The notes under the pieces are model-generated. The model did no database searches and was not told the origin of the DNA. It worked only from the letters and a program-made list of their open reading frames with translations. From positions 1 to 56,748 of the forward strand of contig CACKQA010000001.1 in assembly GCA_902602135.1 (NCBI GenBank): 56,748 bases of DNA. The letters are read 5' to 3'. Source of the stretch: an uncultured Alphaproteobacteria bacterium (GTDB taxonomy: Bacteria > Pseudomonadota > Alphaproteobacteria > HIMB59 > GCA-002718135). Position 1 is the stretch's first letter. Each line of letters starts with the position of its first letter. Positions 1 through 7,436 of the stretch are shown here, piece after piece. The translations under genes and the position numbers were made by a program.

Positions 1-81
1 GTTAAAGAGCATTTCATAAGAACAAAATATGATCTTGGATTAAATAAATGTCTAGATAGAATTGATAATTTAATAAATTAA
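1..81 (+). CDS. 3' end of an unidentified CDS entering from upstream of the window (..VKEHFIRTKYDLGLNKCLDRIDNLIN*)
   Basis: Frame 1 is open from the window edge to TAA at 79-81. It is too short to assign. Confidence 0.3.
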   Translation, partial: VKEHFIRTKYDLGLNKCLDRIDNLIN

Positions 82-86
82 ATAAA

Positions 87-500
87 TTAGTTTTTTAATT
101 TGCAATTTTCACACAAACCAAAAATTTCAAGACAGTGCTTATTATATTTAAAATTATTTTTTTCAGCTTGTTTAGAAAAATAAGAAAATAAATTGTTTCC
201 AATTAATTCAGTAACATTATCGCATTTTTCACAAATTAAAAAAGATGTAGAAGTTTTTGCATTACATCCTTCATGTTTACAAGCAACGTAAGAATTTCTA
301 CTTTCTATTTTATGAACTTTTCCAATTTCAATCAATTTATCGAGTGCTCTGTAAACTTGCAGAGGAGATTTTATTCCCTTTTTTTGTATATCATAAAGAA
401 TTGTATACGCCTTCATCGGTTCAGAAGAGTTTTCTAAAACTCCAAGAACTGTTTTTTGATTCTTAGTTAAATTTTCTGATTCTAATGCCATAAATCTCAA
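87..500 (-). CDS. zur: Fur-family metalloregulator, probable zinc uptake regulator Zur
   Basis: 137 aa with an N-terminal winged-helix-like region and paired CxxC motifs (CEKC, CENC) typical of the Fur/Zur structural Zn site. It lies 26 nt downstream of znuB on the same strand. Confidence 0.75.
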   Translation of the reverse strand: MRFMALESENLTKNQKTVLGVLENSSEPMKAYTILYDIQKKGIKSPLQVYRALDKLIEIGKVHKIESRNSYVACKHEGCNAKTSTSFLICEKCDNVTELIGNNLFSYFSKQAEKNNFKYNKHCLEIFGLCENCKLKN

Positions 501-526
501 TTACCAAATTGTTTTCATTTTTGCAA

Positions 527-1318
527 CTAACCTCTTAACTCTAATGGAATTAGAGAAATGATAAATAATATCAGAGCTATAACAATAATTGAGGGTCCTG
601 AAGAAGTATTCAATTCCAAAGAGGTAAATAAGCCAATTGTGACAGATAAAATACCAATTAATATAGCTACAAATACCATTTGTTTTGGATTGTTAGTTAT
701 ATTTCTTGATGCGGCAGCCGGTATTATAAGTAGACCAGTTATTAAAAGAGTTCCAATCATTTTTATAGACAATGCAATAACTCCAGCAAGAAGAAGGGTA
801 AAGATCATATTATATATGTTCGGTTTCATTCCTTCTGCTGAAGCTAGATCATAATTAACTGTAGCAGAAAATAATGATTTCCAAATAAAATACAAAATTC
901 CTAAAATTATAAAACCACCAATCCAAACTAAGGCAATGTCTTGAAGAGTTACTGCTAAGATATCGCCAAAAAGTAATCCCATAATATCAAAACGAATACT
1001 TGATAAAAAACCCATTAAAACCAAACCAATTGCAAGAGTGGAGTGAGCTAATAATCCAAGTAATGAATCACCAGCTAATCTAGTCCTCTTTTGTAAGTTG
1101 AGAAGAAGTAGAGCGATAACTGCAGATATTACAAATACGGAAAAGGCAATATTTAAACTAAAGGCATAAGCTAAAGTTACTCCTAACAAGGCAGAGTGAG
1201 CTAAAGTATCACCAAAATAAGACAGTCTCCTCCAAATTACTAAGCAACCTAGCGGCCCTGTAATTATTGCAATACCGATACCAGCAACTAATGCTCTAGT
1301 AAAAAAATCATCTAACAT
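527..1318 (-). CDS. znuB: Zinc ABC transporter permease (ABC-3 family)
   Basis: 263 aa polytopic membrane protein of ZnuB/TroC size. It shares nt 1318 with the znuC stop and has znuC/znuA/zur context. Confidence 0.85.
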   Translation of the reverse strand: MLDDFFTRALVAGIGIAIITGPLGCLVIWRRLSYFGDTLAHSALLGVTLAYAFSLNIAFSVFVISAVIALLLLNLQKRTRLAGDSLLGLLAHSTLAIGLVLMGFLSSIRFDIMGLLFGDILAVTLQDIALVWIGGFIILGILYFIWKSLFSATVNYDLASAEGMKPNIYNMIFTLLLAGVIALSIKMIGTLLITGLLIIPAAASRNITNNPKQMVFVAILIGILSVTIGLFTSLELNTSSGPSIIVIALILFIISLIPLELRG

Positions 1319-2058
1319 TAACTTGATACACTTCCGTCAGAAGCATGTGTGTGATCATGATCGTGCTGATAATATGTTAAAGTTTTCGATCTATGCTCAC
1401 CAAATAATTCTATATAAGCTTTATCTTTTATAACCGAACTTGGTTTTCCTGAACAACAGATATGTCCATTTAAACAAACTACATGATCTGTTGCAGTCAT
1501 TACAAAATGCAAGTCATGGGAGACTAATAAAATTCCACAATTTAGGTTAGCTGAAATATTTTTTATAATATTATAAAGGTCAATTTCTCCATTAAAATCA
1601 ACTCCCTGCACAGGTTCATCTAAAACTAGTAATTCTGGTTTTTTTGCAATAGCTCTCGCTAGAAGGACACGTTGAAATTCGCCACCAGATAGACCATGTA
1701 TTTGCTCCTTGAAAAGTTTTTCTACACCAGTTTGATTTAAGGATTCAATAATTTCATTATTGCTGAGATTATTGGTTAATCGCATAAAATCTACAACACG
1801 TAATGGCATAGTCCAATCGATATTAATTTTCTGAGGAACATATGCAATTTTATTTGTATACCGCTTCAATGAACCTTCATCAGGTTCAAGAATATTAAGT
1901 ACCATTTTAGCTGTTGTAGTTTTTCCAGAACCATTGGGTCCAATTAGGGTAACTATTTGACCACTTTTTACCTCAAGAGATACACCTCTTATTAACCATT
2001 TTGGTGACTTATAAATACCTGCGTTCTCTAAACTTACCAATAAATTATTTTTACTCAT
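1318..2058 (-). CDS. znuC: Zinc ABC transporter ATP-binding protein
   Basis: Walker A GPNGSGKTT, signature LSGGEFQR and Walker B LLVLDEP. It has a His-rich C-terminal tail (HDHDHTH). Confidence 0.9.
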   Translation of the reverse strand: MSKNNLLVSLENAGIYKSPKWLIRGVSLEVKSGQIVTLIGPNGSGKTTTAKMVLNILEPDEGSLKRYTNKIAYVPQKINIDWTMPLRVVDFMRLTNNLSNNEIIESLNQTGVEKLFKEQIHGLSGGEFQRVLLARAIAKKPELLVLDEPVQGVDFNGEIDLYNIIKNISANLNCGILLVSHDLHFVMTATDHVVCLNGHICCSGKPSSVIKDKAYIELFGEHRSKTLTYYQHDHDHTHASDGSVSS

Positions 2059-2078
2059 TTTTCTATTTACAATTCAAA

Positions 2079-2100
2079 ATGTAATATTATAACATTACAT
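2079..2100. promoter_or_regulatory. Candidate Zur box in the znuC / znuA divergent promoter
   Basis: The sequence is ATGTAATATTATAACATTACAT. Its core GTAATATTATAACATTAC (2081-2098) is an inverted repeat with one mismatched pair. It lies 23 nt from the znuC start and 38 nt from the znuA start, and it resembles the AT-rich palindromic Zur operators described for alphaproteobacteria. Confidence 0.7.
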
Positions 2101-2135
2101 CATTTAACAGACTTAATTTTAAAAGGAATACTTTT

Positions 2136-3617
2136 ATGAAACAAACGAACTTTTTTCTACATATTTCTATGATTATTTTGTTTTCAGGAATTCTTGTTGC
2201 AACTGCATCTGCTAGAGCAGAGCTAAAAGTTGTTACCACAATTAAACCACTACATTCATTGATTTCAAATGTTATGGATGGAGTAGGTGAACCTGGACTT
2301 ATAATTGATGGAAGTATATCACCACACAGTTTTACAATGAAACCTTCTCATGCGAAAATGCTTGAGGAAGCAGATGTCATTTTTTGGATTGGAGAGGGTA
2401 TTGAAACATCAATGGAAGAACCCCTAGACTCAATTGCAAAGGATGCAGAAGTAATTGAATTTATGGAACTTGATTCAATTGCTAAATTAAAATTTAGAGA
2501 AGAATCAATTTTTGGTGATCATGACGATCATGATGACCACGACGACCACGACGATCATGATGACCATGACGATCATGATGATCATGATGACCACGATGAT
2601 CATGATGACCACGACGACCACGACGATCATGATGACCACGATGATCATGATGACCACGACGATCACGCACACGGTGCACATGCTTTTGAATGGGCAGGAT
2701 TATTTGATCTAAAAGCGGGAACATATAAGTGGTCTGCTGCTAAAGTTGATGGCGATTATGCTGACCCTGCTATGAAGTTAGTATTACTAGCGGCTGATGA
2801 TATTGAAGCAGTTGAGGAAACGGCTGAAGAACTTTTAGAAAGTAAAACTTCCGCAAAAAAAACAAATGGTGGAACTCTTGTTGCTAAGGAGATTGCATAC
2901 TCTTTAAATTTTGATGATTCTCAAAATATGACTGTGTTTACAGTTGAAATAGCTGAGAATGGAAAATATGCTTTCTTCACAGAGCATATGCCATTTGAGT
3001 TTGAAGCAAATGAACATTTCTTCAAAGATACCTCTGGTGCAGATATAGAACCAATTGCTCAAGAACCAGAAATGGATGGTCACGATCATCATGATCATCA
3101 CGGCCATGCACACGGTGAATTTGATGCTCACATTTGGCTAGATCCAATGAATGCTAAAGAAATGGTTCATGAAATAGCTCATGAGTTAGGTGATTTAGAT
3201 CCTGCCAATAAAGAGAAATATGAAGCAAATGCTGAAGCAACAATTAAAGCTTTGGATCAGCTTATTAATGATGTTGGTACAGATATTAATTCTGATGCAA
3301 AATTTGTTGTCTTCCATGACGCCTACCAATACTTTGAAGAAAGATTTGGTGTAAGAGCAGCAGGAGCATTAACATTGAATACTGATGTTTTACCTGCTGC
3401 GAAGCAAATAGCTGATATTCAGGATGTGATTAAGGATAAGGGAATAAAATGTATTTTCTCTGAACCTCAATTTAATCCAAAGATTATTACAACAATAGCT
3501 GAGGATATGAATATCAAAACAGGAGTTTTTGATCCTTTAGGTGCTAACATCGATGCTGGTAAGTCACTTTACTTTACGTTGATTAGTAATCTCGGGGACG
3601 AGCTTAAAGGCTGTTAA
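2136..3617 (+). CDS. znuA: Periplasmic zinc-binding protein ZnuA (cluster A-I SBP) with a giant His/Asp-rich insertion
   Basis: Signal peptide (..VATASARA). ZnuA-type ligand contexts are SPHSF, DAHIWLDP and VVFHDAYQYF. At 493 aa it exceeds the roughly 310 aa typical of the family. The extra length sits where the ZnuA His-rich loop normally lies. Confidence 0.9.
   Translation: MKQTNFFLHISMIILFSGILVATASARAELKVVTTIKPLHSLISNVMDGVGEPGLIIDGSISPHSFTMKPSHAKMLEEADVIFWIGEGIETSMEEPLDSIAKDAEVIEFMELDSIAKLKFREESIFGDHDDHDDHDDHDDHDDHDDHDDHDDHDDHDDHDDHDDHDDHDDHDDHDDHAHGAHAFEWAGLFDLKAGTYKWSAAKVDGDYADPAMKLVLLAADDIEAVEETAEELLESKTSAKKTNGGTLVAKEIAYSLNFDDSQNMTVFTVEIAENGKYAFFTEHMPFEFEANEHFFKDTSGADIEPIAQEPEMDGHDHHDHHGHAHGEFDAHIWLDPMNAKEMVHEIAHELGDLDPANKEKYEANAEATIKALDQLINDVGTDINSDAKFVVFHDAYQYFEERFGVRAAGALTLNTDVLPAAKQIADIQDVIKDKGIKCIFSEPQFNPKIITTIAEDMNIKTGVFDPLGANIDAGKSLYFTLISNLGDELKGC
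2517..2666 (+). repeat. In-frame (GAY-CAY-GAY)n codon repeat encoding (DHD)16-DH
   Basis: I counted the codons directly: 16 DHD units plus DH, 50 residues in all. Units 9-11 and 14-16 are identical 27-nt blocks, and units 3-5 equal units 11-13. GAT/GAC and CAT/CAC are interleaved. Confidence 0.95.
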
Positions 3618-3631
3618 ATTTTAATATTTAA

Positions 3632-3664
3632 ATAAATTCCACCTTATACTAAGGTGGAATTTAT
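3632..3664 (+). other. Perfect 15-bp stem / 3-nt loop hairpin between znuA and the COG0523 gene
   Basis: ATAAATTCCACCTTA-TAC-TAAGGTGGAATTTAT, with every pair checked by hand. No T-tract follows, so it is not a classical intrinsic terminator. Confidence 0.6.
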
Positions 3665-3688
3665 AAAACTAATTATAAGGAAATTGAT

Positions 3689-4660
3689 ATGGAAAATACT
3701 TCTCAGGTTCCAGTTACGGTCTTAACAGGGTTTCTTGGAGCTGGAAAAACAACGCTCTTAAATCGAATTTTAACTGAACAGCATGGACGGAAATACGCTG
3801 TCATAGTTAATGAATTTGGTGAGCAAGGTATTGATAATGATCTTGTTGTTGATGCTGATGAAGAAGTATTTGAAATGAACAACGGGTGCATTTGTTGCAC
3901 TGTTAGAGGTGATTTAATTAGAATTCTTAGTGGTTTAATGAAACGTGCTGATAAACTAGATGCAATTATAGTTGAAACAACTGGCTTAGCTGATCCAGCC
4001 CCAGTTGCGCAGACATTTTTTGTTGATCAAGATGTTGCTGATAGAACAAAACTAGATGCAATTGTTACAGTTGCCGATGCTGTTCATTTAAGTTCTCAAT
4101 TAGTAGATCATCATGAAGCAGAAGAACAAATTGCTTTTGCTGATGTAATTTTACTAAATAAAGTTGAACTTGTTGAAGATAATGACATTGTGAAAGTTAA
4201 TGATCGTATTAGAAAAATTAACCCTTTTGCAAAGATTATTAAAACAACACGTTGTGATGCACCTCTTGATGAAATCGTAGGCTTAAATGCATTTAGTCTA
4301 GATAGAGTATTAGATATTGAACCTGACTTTCTTGAATCAGATCATGATCATGAACATGATGATGATGTTACTAGTCTATCCTTTGTATCTGATACACCAT
4401 TAGATATGGATAAGTTTCAAGATTGGTTTGGAAATTTACTGAGGACTAAGGGTCAGGATATTCTTCGATCAAAAGGAATTTTGAACTTTAAAGGTGAAGA
4501 AGAGCGATATGTATTTCAAGGAGTGCATATGCTTATGGATGCTTCACCAATGGGACCTTGGCCTAAAGGAAAAGATAGAAGTTCTCGAGTAGTATTTATT
4601 GGTCGTGATCTTGATAATATGAATCTTAAGGAAGGCTTTGAAAATTGTAAATCAGCATGA
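3689..4660 (+). CDS. COG0523-family (CobW/YjiA/ZigA-like) metallochaperone GTPase
   Basis: P-loop GFLGAGKTT, GCICCT (CxCC) metal motif and a His/Asp stretch DHDHEHDDD before the C-terminal domain. It is located directly after znuA. Confidence 0.85.
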   Translation: MENTSQVPVTVLTGFLGAGKTTLLNRILTEQHGRKYAVIVNEFGEQGIDNDLVVDADEEVFEMNNGCICCTVRGDLIRILSGLMKRADKLDAIIVETTGLADPAPVAQTFFVDQDVADRTKLDAIVTVADAVHLSSQLVDHHEAEEQIAFADVILLNKVELVEDNDIVKVNDRIRKINPFAKIIKTTRCDAPLDEIVGLNAFSLDRVLDIEPDFLESDHDHEHDDDVTSLSFVSDTPLDMDKFQDWFGNLLRTKGQDILRSKGILNFKGEEERYVFQGVHMLMDASPMGPWPKGKDRSSRVVFIGRDLDNMNLKEGFENCKSA

Positions 4661-5694
4661 ACGCTGATTTAGAAAAACTTCAAGAATCAAATAAAACTGA
4701 ACTTGAAAGAAGAGGTTCAATTTTTAATATTGGAGCCCCAGCTACAGAAGCGGTTACAATTAGTGATCAAATAGCGGTAGGATTTGGAGACGGCACTGTA
4801 AGATTTTTTCAATCTGGATCTGATCCTAAAACTGTTAAAGCACATAAGGGTGTAGTGTTGAGTATGACAAATTATGAAGATCATGTCTTAACGGGAGGAG
4901 ACGATGGACGTTTTCTAAAAATATCATCTGATGGAAATATTGAAGAAATTTTTAATTTTGGTTCAAAGTGGGTTGACTGTGTAGCTTCCCACAAAGATAC
5001 TAAAGTTTGTTCATCAGGAAAGACTGTTTATATTTGGACAAAAAACAAAGATAAACCTCAAACTTTAGAGCATCAAAGTACTGTTGCTGGATTAGCATTT
5101 GATAATAAAGGTAAGCGTCTTGCGGTCTCAAGATATGGTGGAGTAACAGTGTGGAAACTTAATAATAATAAATGGACAGCATCAAATTTTACCTGGAAAG
5201 GATCGCATGGAACTGTAACGTTTAGTCCAGATACAAAATATATTGTAACTGCAATGCAAGAAAATCAAATTCATGGTTGGCGCATAAACGATAAAGCGGA
5301 TTTAGCAATGAGAGGTTATCCATCAAAAATTAAAAGTTTCACTTGGGTTGGAGATACACCGTATTTGGTAACATCTGGATCCAGTGATGCAGTTTGCTGG
5401 CCATTTGATGGTAAAGAAGGACCAATGGGGAGAAAGCCAATTGTTGTTGCAAACGGTGGTAAAGAACTTGCAACATTTGTTAAAGCACTTAATGGAGAAA
5501 AAGCTGTTTTCACCGGTTTTACAGATGGGTCAGTTTTATTAGCAGAAATTGATGAAAGTAAAAAACCAATTATGATTAGAAGTTCAACAGGTTCGGAAGT
5601 TTCAACAATAGCGATATCTAGTGATAATTCACAAATATTAATTGGTGATATGAAAGGTTCTATTCTTTTATCATCTTTATGGGCAGACAATTAA
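4657..5694 (+). CDS. WD40 / beta-propeller repeat protein
   Basis: 345 aa with recurring blade-like segments (GDGTVRFF, GGDDGRFL, GVTVWK, IHGWR, GSSDAVCW, TDGSVLL, GDMKGSILL). Its ATG overlaps the upstream stop (ATGA at 4657-4660). Confidence 0.7.
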   Translation: MNADLEKLQESNKTELERRGSIFNIGAPATEAVTISDQIAVGFGDGTVRFFQSGSDPKTVKAHKGVVLSMTNYEDHVLTGGDDGRFLKISSDGNIEEIFNFGSKWVDCVASHKDTKVCSSGKTVYIWTKNKDKPQTLEHQSTVAGLAFDNKGKRLAVSRYGGVTVWKLNNNKWTASNFTWKGSHGTVTFSPDTKYIVTAMQENQIHGWRINDKADLAMRGYPSKIKSFTWVGDTPYLVTSGSSDAVCWPFDGKEGPMGRKPIVVANGGKELATFVKALNGEKAVFTGFTDGSVLLAEIDESKKPIMIRSSTGSEVSTIAISSDNSQILIGDMKGSILLSSLWADN

Positions 5695-5704
5695 AGGAGA
5701 AAAT

Positions 5705-5959
5705 ATGTTTAATCGTAAAAATCAAAATGTTGAAAAAATAAGAAATCTCAAACATTTAATTTCCAAGAAATATAAATTATCAGAAAATACTTTAATAAGT
5801 ATTGCTGAACTCAGTTGTCATGAGCCCGATTGTCCACCAATTGAAACTGTTATTACTGCAAGAAATGAAGACGGATCAATTAAAAATTGGCGAGTAGCGA
5901 AATCAATAGAAGAAATAGAGGAGTCAGATATTAATAATCTAACAAACCACACTCATTAG
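5705..5959 (+). CDS. Small hypothetical protein with a CHEPDCPP motif
   Basis: 84 aa with a strong AAGGAGA Shine-Dalgarno at 5694-5700. It starts 10 nt after the WD40 gene. I recognise no family. Confidence 0.5.
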   Translation: MFNRKNQNVEKIRNLKHLISKKYKLSENTLISIAELSCHEPDCPPIETVITARNEDGSIKNWRVAKSIEEIEESDINNLTNHTH

Positions 5960-5979
5960 ATTGTTAAATTTAGAATAAA

Positions 5980-6390
5980 ATGTCAAAAAAACTAAAAGAA
6001 ATAACATTATCTGTTTGTCTCACATGTACCCTTAATAAAGATCAAAATAATAATAAACTTGCAGGAGAAAAACTTGCACAAAAATTAATTGATAAATTTA
6101 AAAATACAAAAAATGTAACTTTAAGAGGTGTAAATTGCATGAGTAATTGTAAACGTTCATGTATTATATCTTTTACCGCAGAAAATTGTTTTACCTATGT
6201 GTTTGGAGATATAGATACTGAAAATTCTGCTTATATTGATTCAATAGAGGAGCTTTTATTATCCTATAGCAAATCTGATGATGGTTTTTTGAGACGTAGA
6301 CATAGACCTGAAATATATAGATCTAATATAGTTGGTAGATTTCCTCCAATAAATAGTAAGTCAGATATTATTAGTAATTTAAAAAAGTAA
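5980..6390 (+). CDS. DUF1636-like putative metal-binding (thioredoxin-like fold) protein
   Basis: 136 aa with Cys pattern CLTC ... CMSNCKRSC. It resembles the DUF1636 proteins that accompany cobW-type genes in alphaproteobacteria. The family call is from memory of the motif pattern only. Confidence 0.5.
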   Translation: MSKKLKEITLSVCLTCTLNKDQNNNKLAGEKLAQKLIDKFKNTKNVTLRGVNCMSNCKRSCIISFTAENCFTYVFGDIDTENSAYIDSIEELLLSYSKSDDGFLRRRHRPEIYRSNIVGRFPPINSKSDIISNLKK

Positions 6391-6454
6391 AATTTTAAAA
6401 AGAATTAAATTATAATTATTTATTTCTGAATTTTGTTTAATTTAGAATTTATTA

Positions 6455-6538
6455 TTAACAGCAATCTCCCCCTTCACAAGCGCAACAACAACCACAGCTG
6501 CAACCACACTTTGGCGGGTTTGGATTTTGATTTTTCAT
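6455..6538 (-). CDS. Unannotated Cys-rich micro-ORF, MKNQNPNPPKCGCSCGCCCACEGGDCC (27 aa, 9 Cys); metallothionein-like candidate
   Basis: I hand-translated the minus strand from ATG (6538-6536) to TAA TAA. AGG lies 8-10 nt upstream. The coding core is a conspicuous G+C-rich patch in an AT-rich spacer. An alternative in-frame ATG at 6544 would add MI-. Confidence 0.5.
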   Translation of the reverse strand: MKNQNPNPPKCGCSCGCCCACEGGDCC

Positions 6539-6578
6539 AATCATACCTATATATTTTCTATAATAATTTAAAATACAA

Positions 6579-7436
6579 ATGAGAAAAGCATTAGAAATTA
6601 AACAATGTATGAAGACTTTCGAGGGTGACGGAATACCTGTAACGAGAGCTTTCCCTGTCCCTGGAATGAGAGAAAACGATCCATTCCTTCTTTTTGATCA
6701 TTTCGGCCCAATTAATTATGAACCGGGAGGTGCAACTGGTGTACCTGCCCATCCTCATTGTGGATTTGAGGCAATTACTTACATGCTTGGTGGTGAAGTA
6801 GAACACAGAGATTCATTTGGTGGACAAGCAGAAATTGAAACTGGTGATGTACAATGGATGACAACTGGATCAGGTTTAATTCACTCTGAATTAGTAACAG
6901 AAAAATTTAAGAAGAGTGGTGGTATCATGCAAGGTTTACAAATCTGGGTTAATCTTCCACGAAAAAATAAAAAAGTTAAACCTTGGTATCAACATATTAA
7001 GAAAGATACAATTCCAACGGTGAAAGAAAATAAAAATATTGAAATTAAAGTTCTTGTTGGTGAAGTAAAAGGAACAAAATCAAAAATTCAAACTTATTCA
7101 CCTGTATCTATATTTGATATTCAGTTTTCAAAACCTGATATTACAAAGTTTAATGTTGATAAAGAACAAAACTTAATGATTTATATTATTGATGGTCAGT
7201 TACAATTTTCTGATCTTGATAAAATTGCAAACAAAGGTGATATGATTTATTTTGATCAATTAAGTGATGAAATTCAACTTACATCAATATCTGAAAATGG
7301 ATCTTATTTAATTTTAGCAGGTAAACCTCTGCAAGAACCTGTTGCACGTTACGGTCCCTTTGTTACCAACACTGAGGGTGAAATTAAACAAGCTATGATG
7401 GACTATCAAGATGGCAAGATGGGAAGCTTAACTTAA
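6579..7436 (+). CDS. Pirin-family bicupin protein
   Basis: HPHCGFEAITYMLGGEVEHRDS metal-binding cupin motif, at 285 aa. Confidence 0.85.
   Translation: MRKALEIKQCMKTFEGDGIPVTRAFPVPGMRENDPFLLFDHFGPINYEPGGATGVPAHPHCGFEAITYMLGGEVEHRDSFGGQAEIETGDVQWMTTGSGLIHSELVTEKFKKSGGIMQGLQIWVNLPRKNKKVKPWYQHIKKDTIPTVKENKNIEIKVLVGEVKGTKSKIQTYSPVSIFDIQFSKPDITKFNVDKEQNLMIYIIDGQLQFSDLDKIANKGDMIYFDQLSDEIQLTSISENGSYLILAGKPLQEPVARYGPFVTNTEGEIKQAMMDYQDGKMGSLT

Noticed and set aside
2494-2724. ORF-track entries 2494-2724(-) (RGHHD-rich) and 2512-2712(+) (MTTIM-rich) overlap znuA.
   Set aside because: They are frame and strand echoes of the (GAY-CAY-GAY)n repeat. They are low-complexity, have no start context, and lie entirely inside a well-supported znuA frame.
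3632-3664. The hairpin after znuA could be read as a canonical Rho-independent terminator.
   Set aside because: The stem is perfect but is followed by AAAACTAATT rather than a T-tract. I keep it only as a possible stabiliser or partial attenuator.
5316-5690. Antisense or alternative-frame ORFs of 60-124 aa lie inside well-supported genes. Examples are 5316-5690(-), 46837-47130(-), 257-466(+), 558-854(+), 14082-14291(+), 14639-14896(+), 23366-23575(+), 24416-24610(+), 32388-32624(+) and 53784-54047(-).
   Set aside because: Each is fully nested in a longer ORF with clear family motifs on the other strand or frame. All are compositionally biased and lack an RBS or start context.
6455-6538. The Cys-rich micro-ORF could be read as a Cys-codon leader peptide for transcription attenuation.
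   Set aside because: Nothing lies downstream on the minus strand to regulate. The next feature is the 3' end of the convergent DUF1636-like gene, and I see no alternative terminator/antiterminator hairpins.
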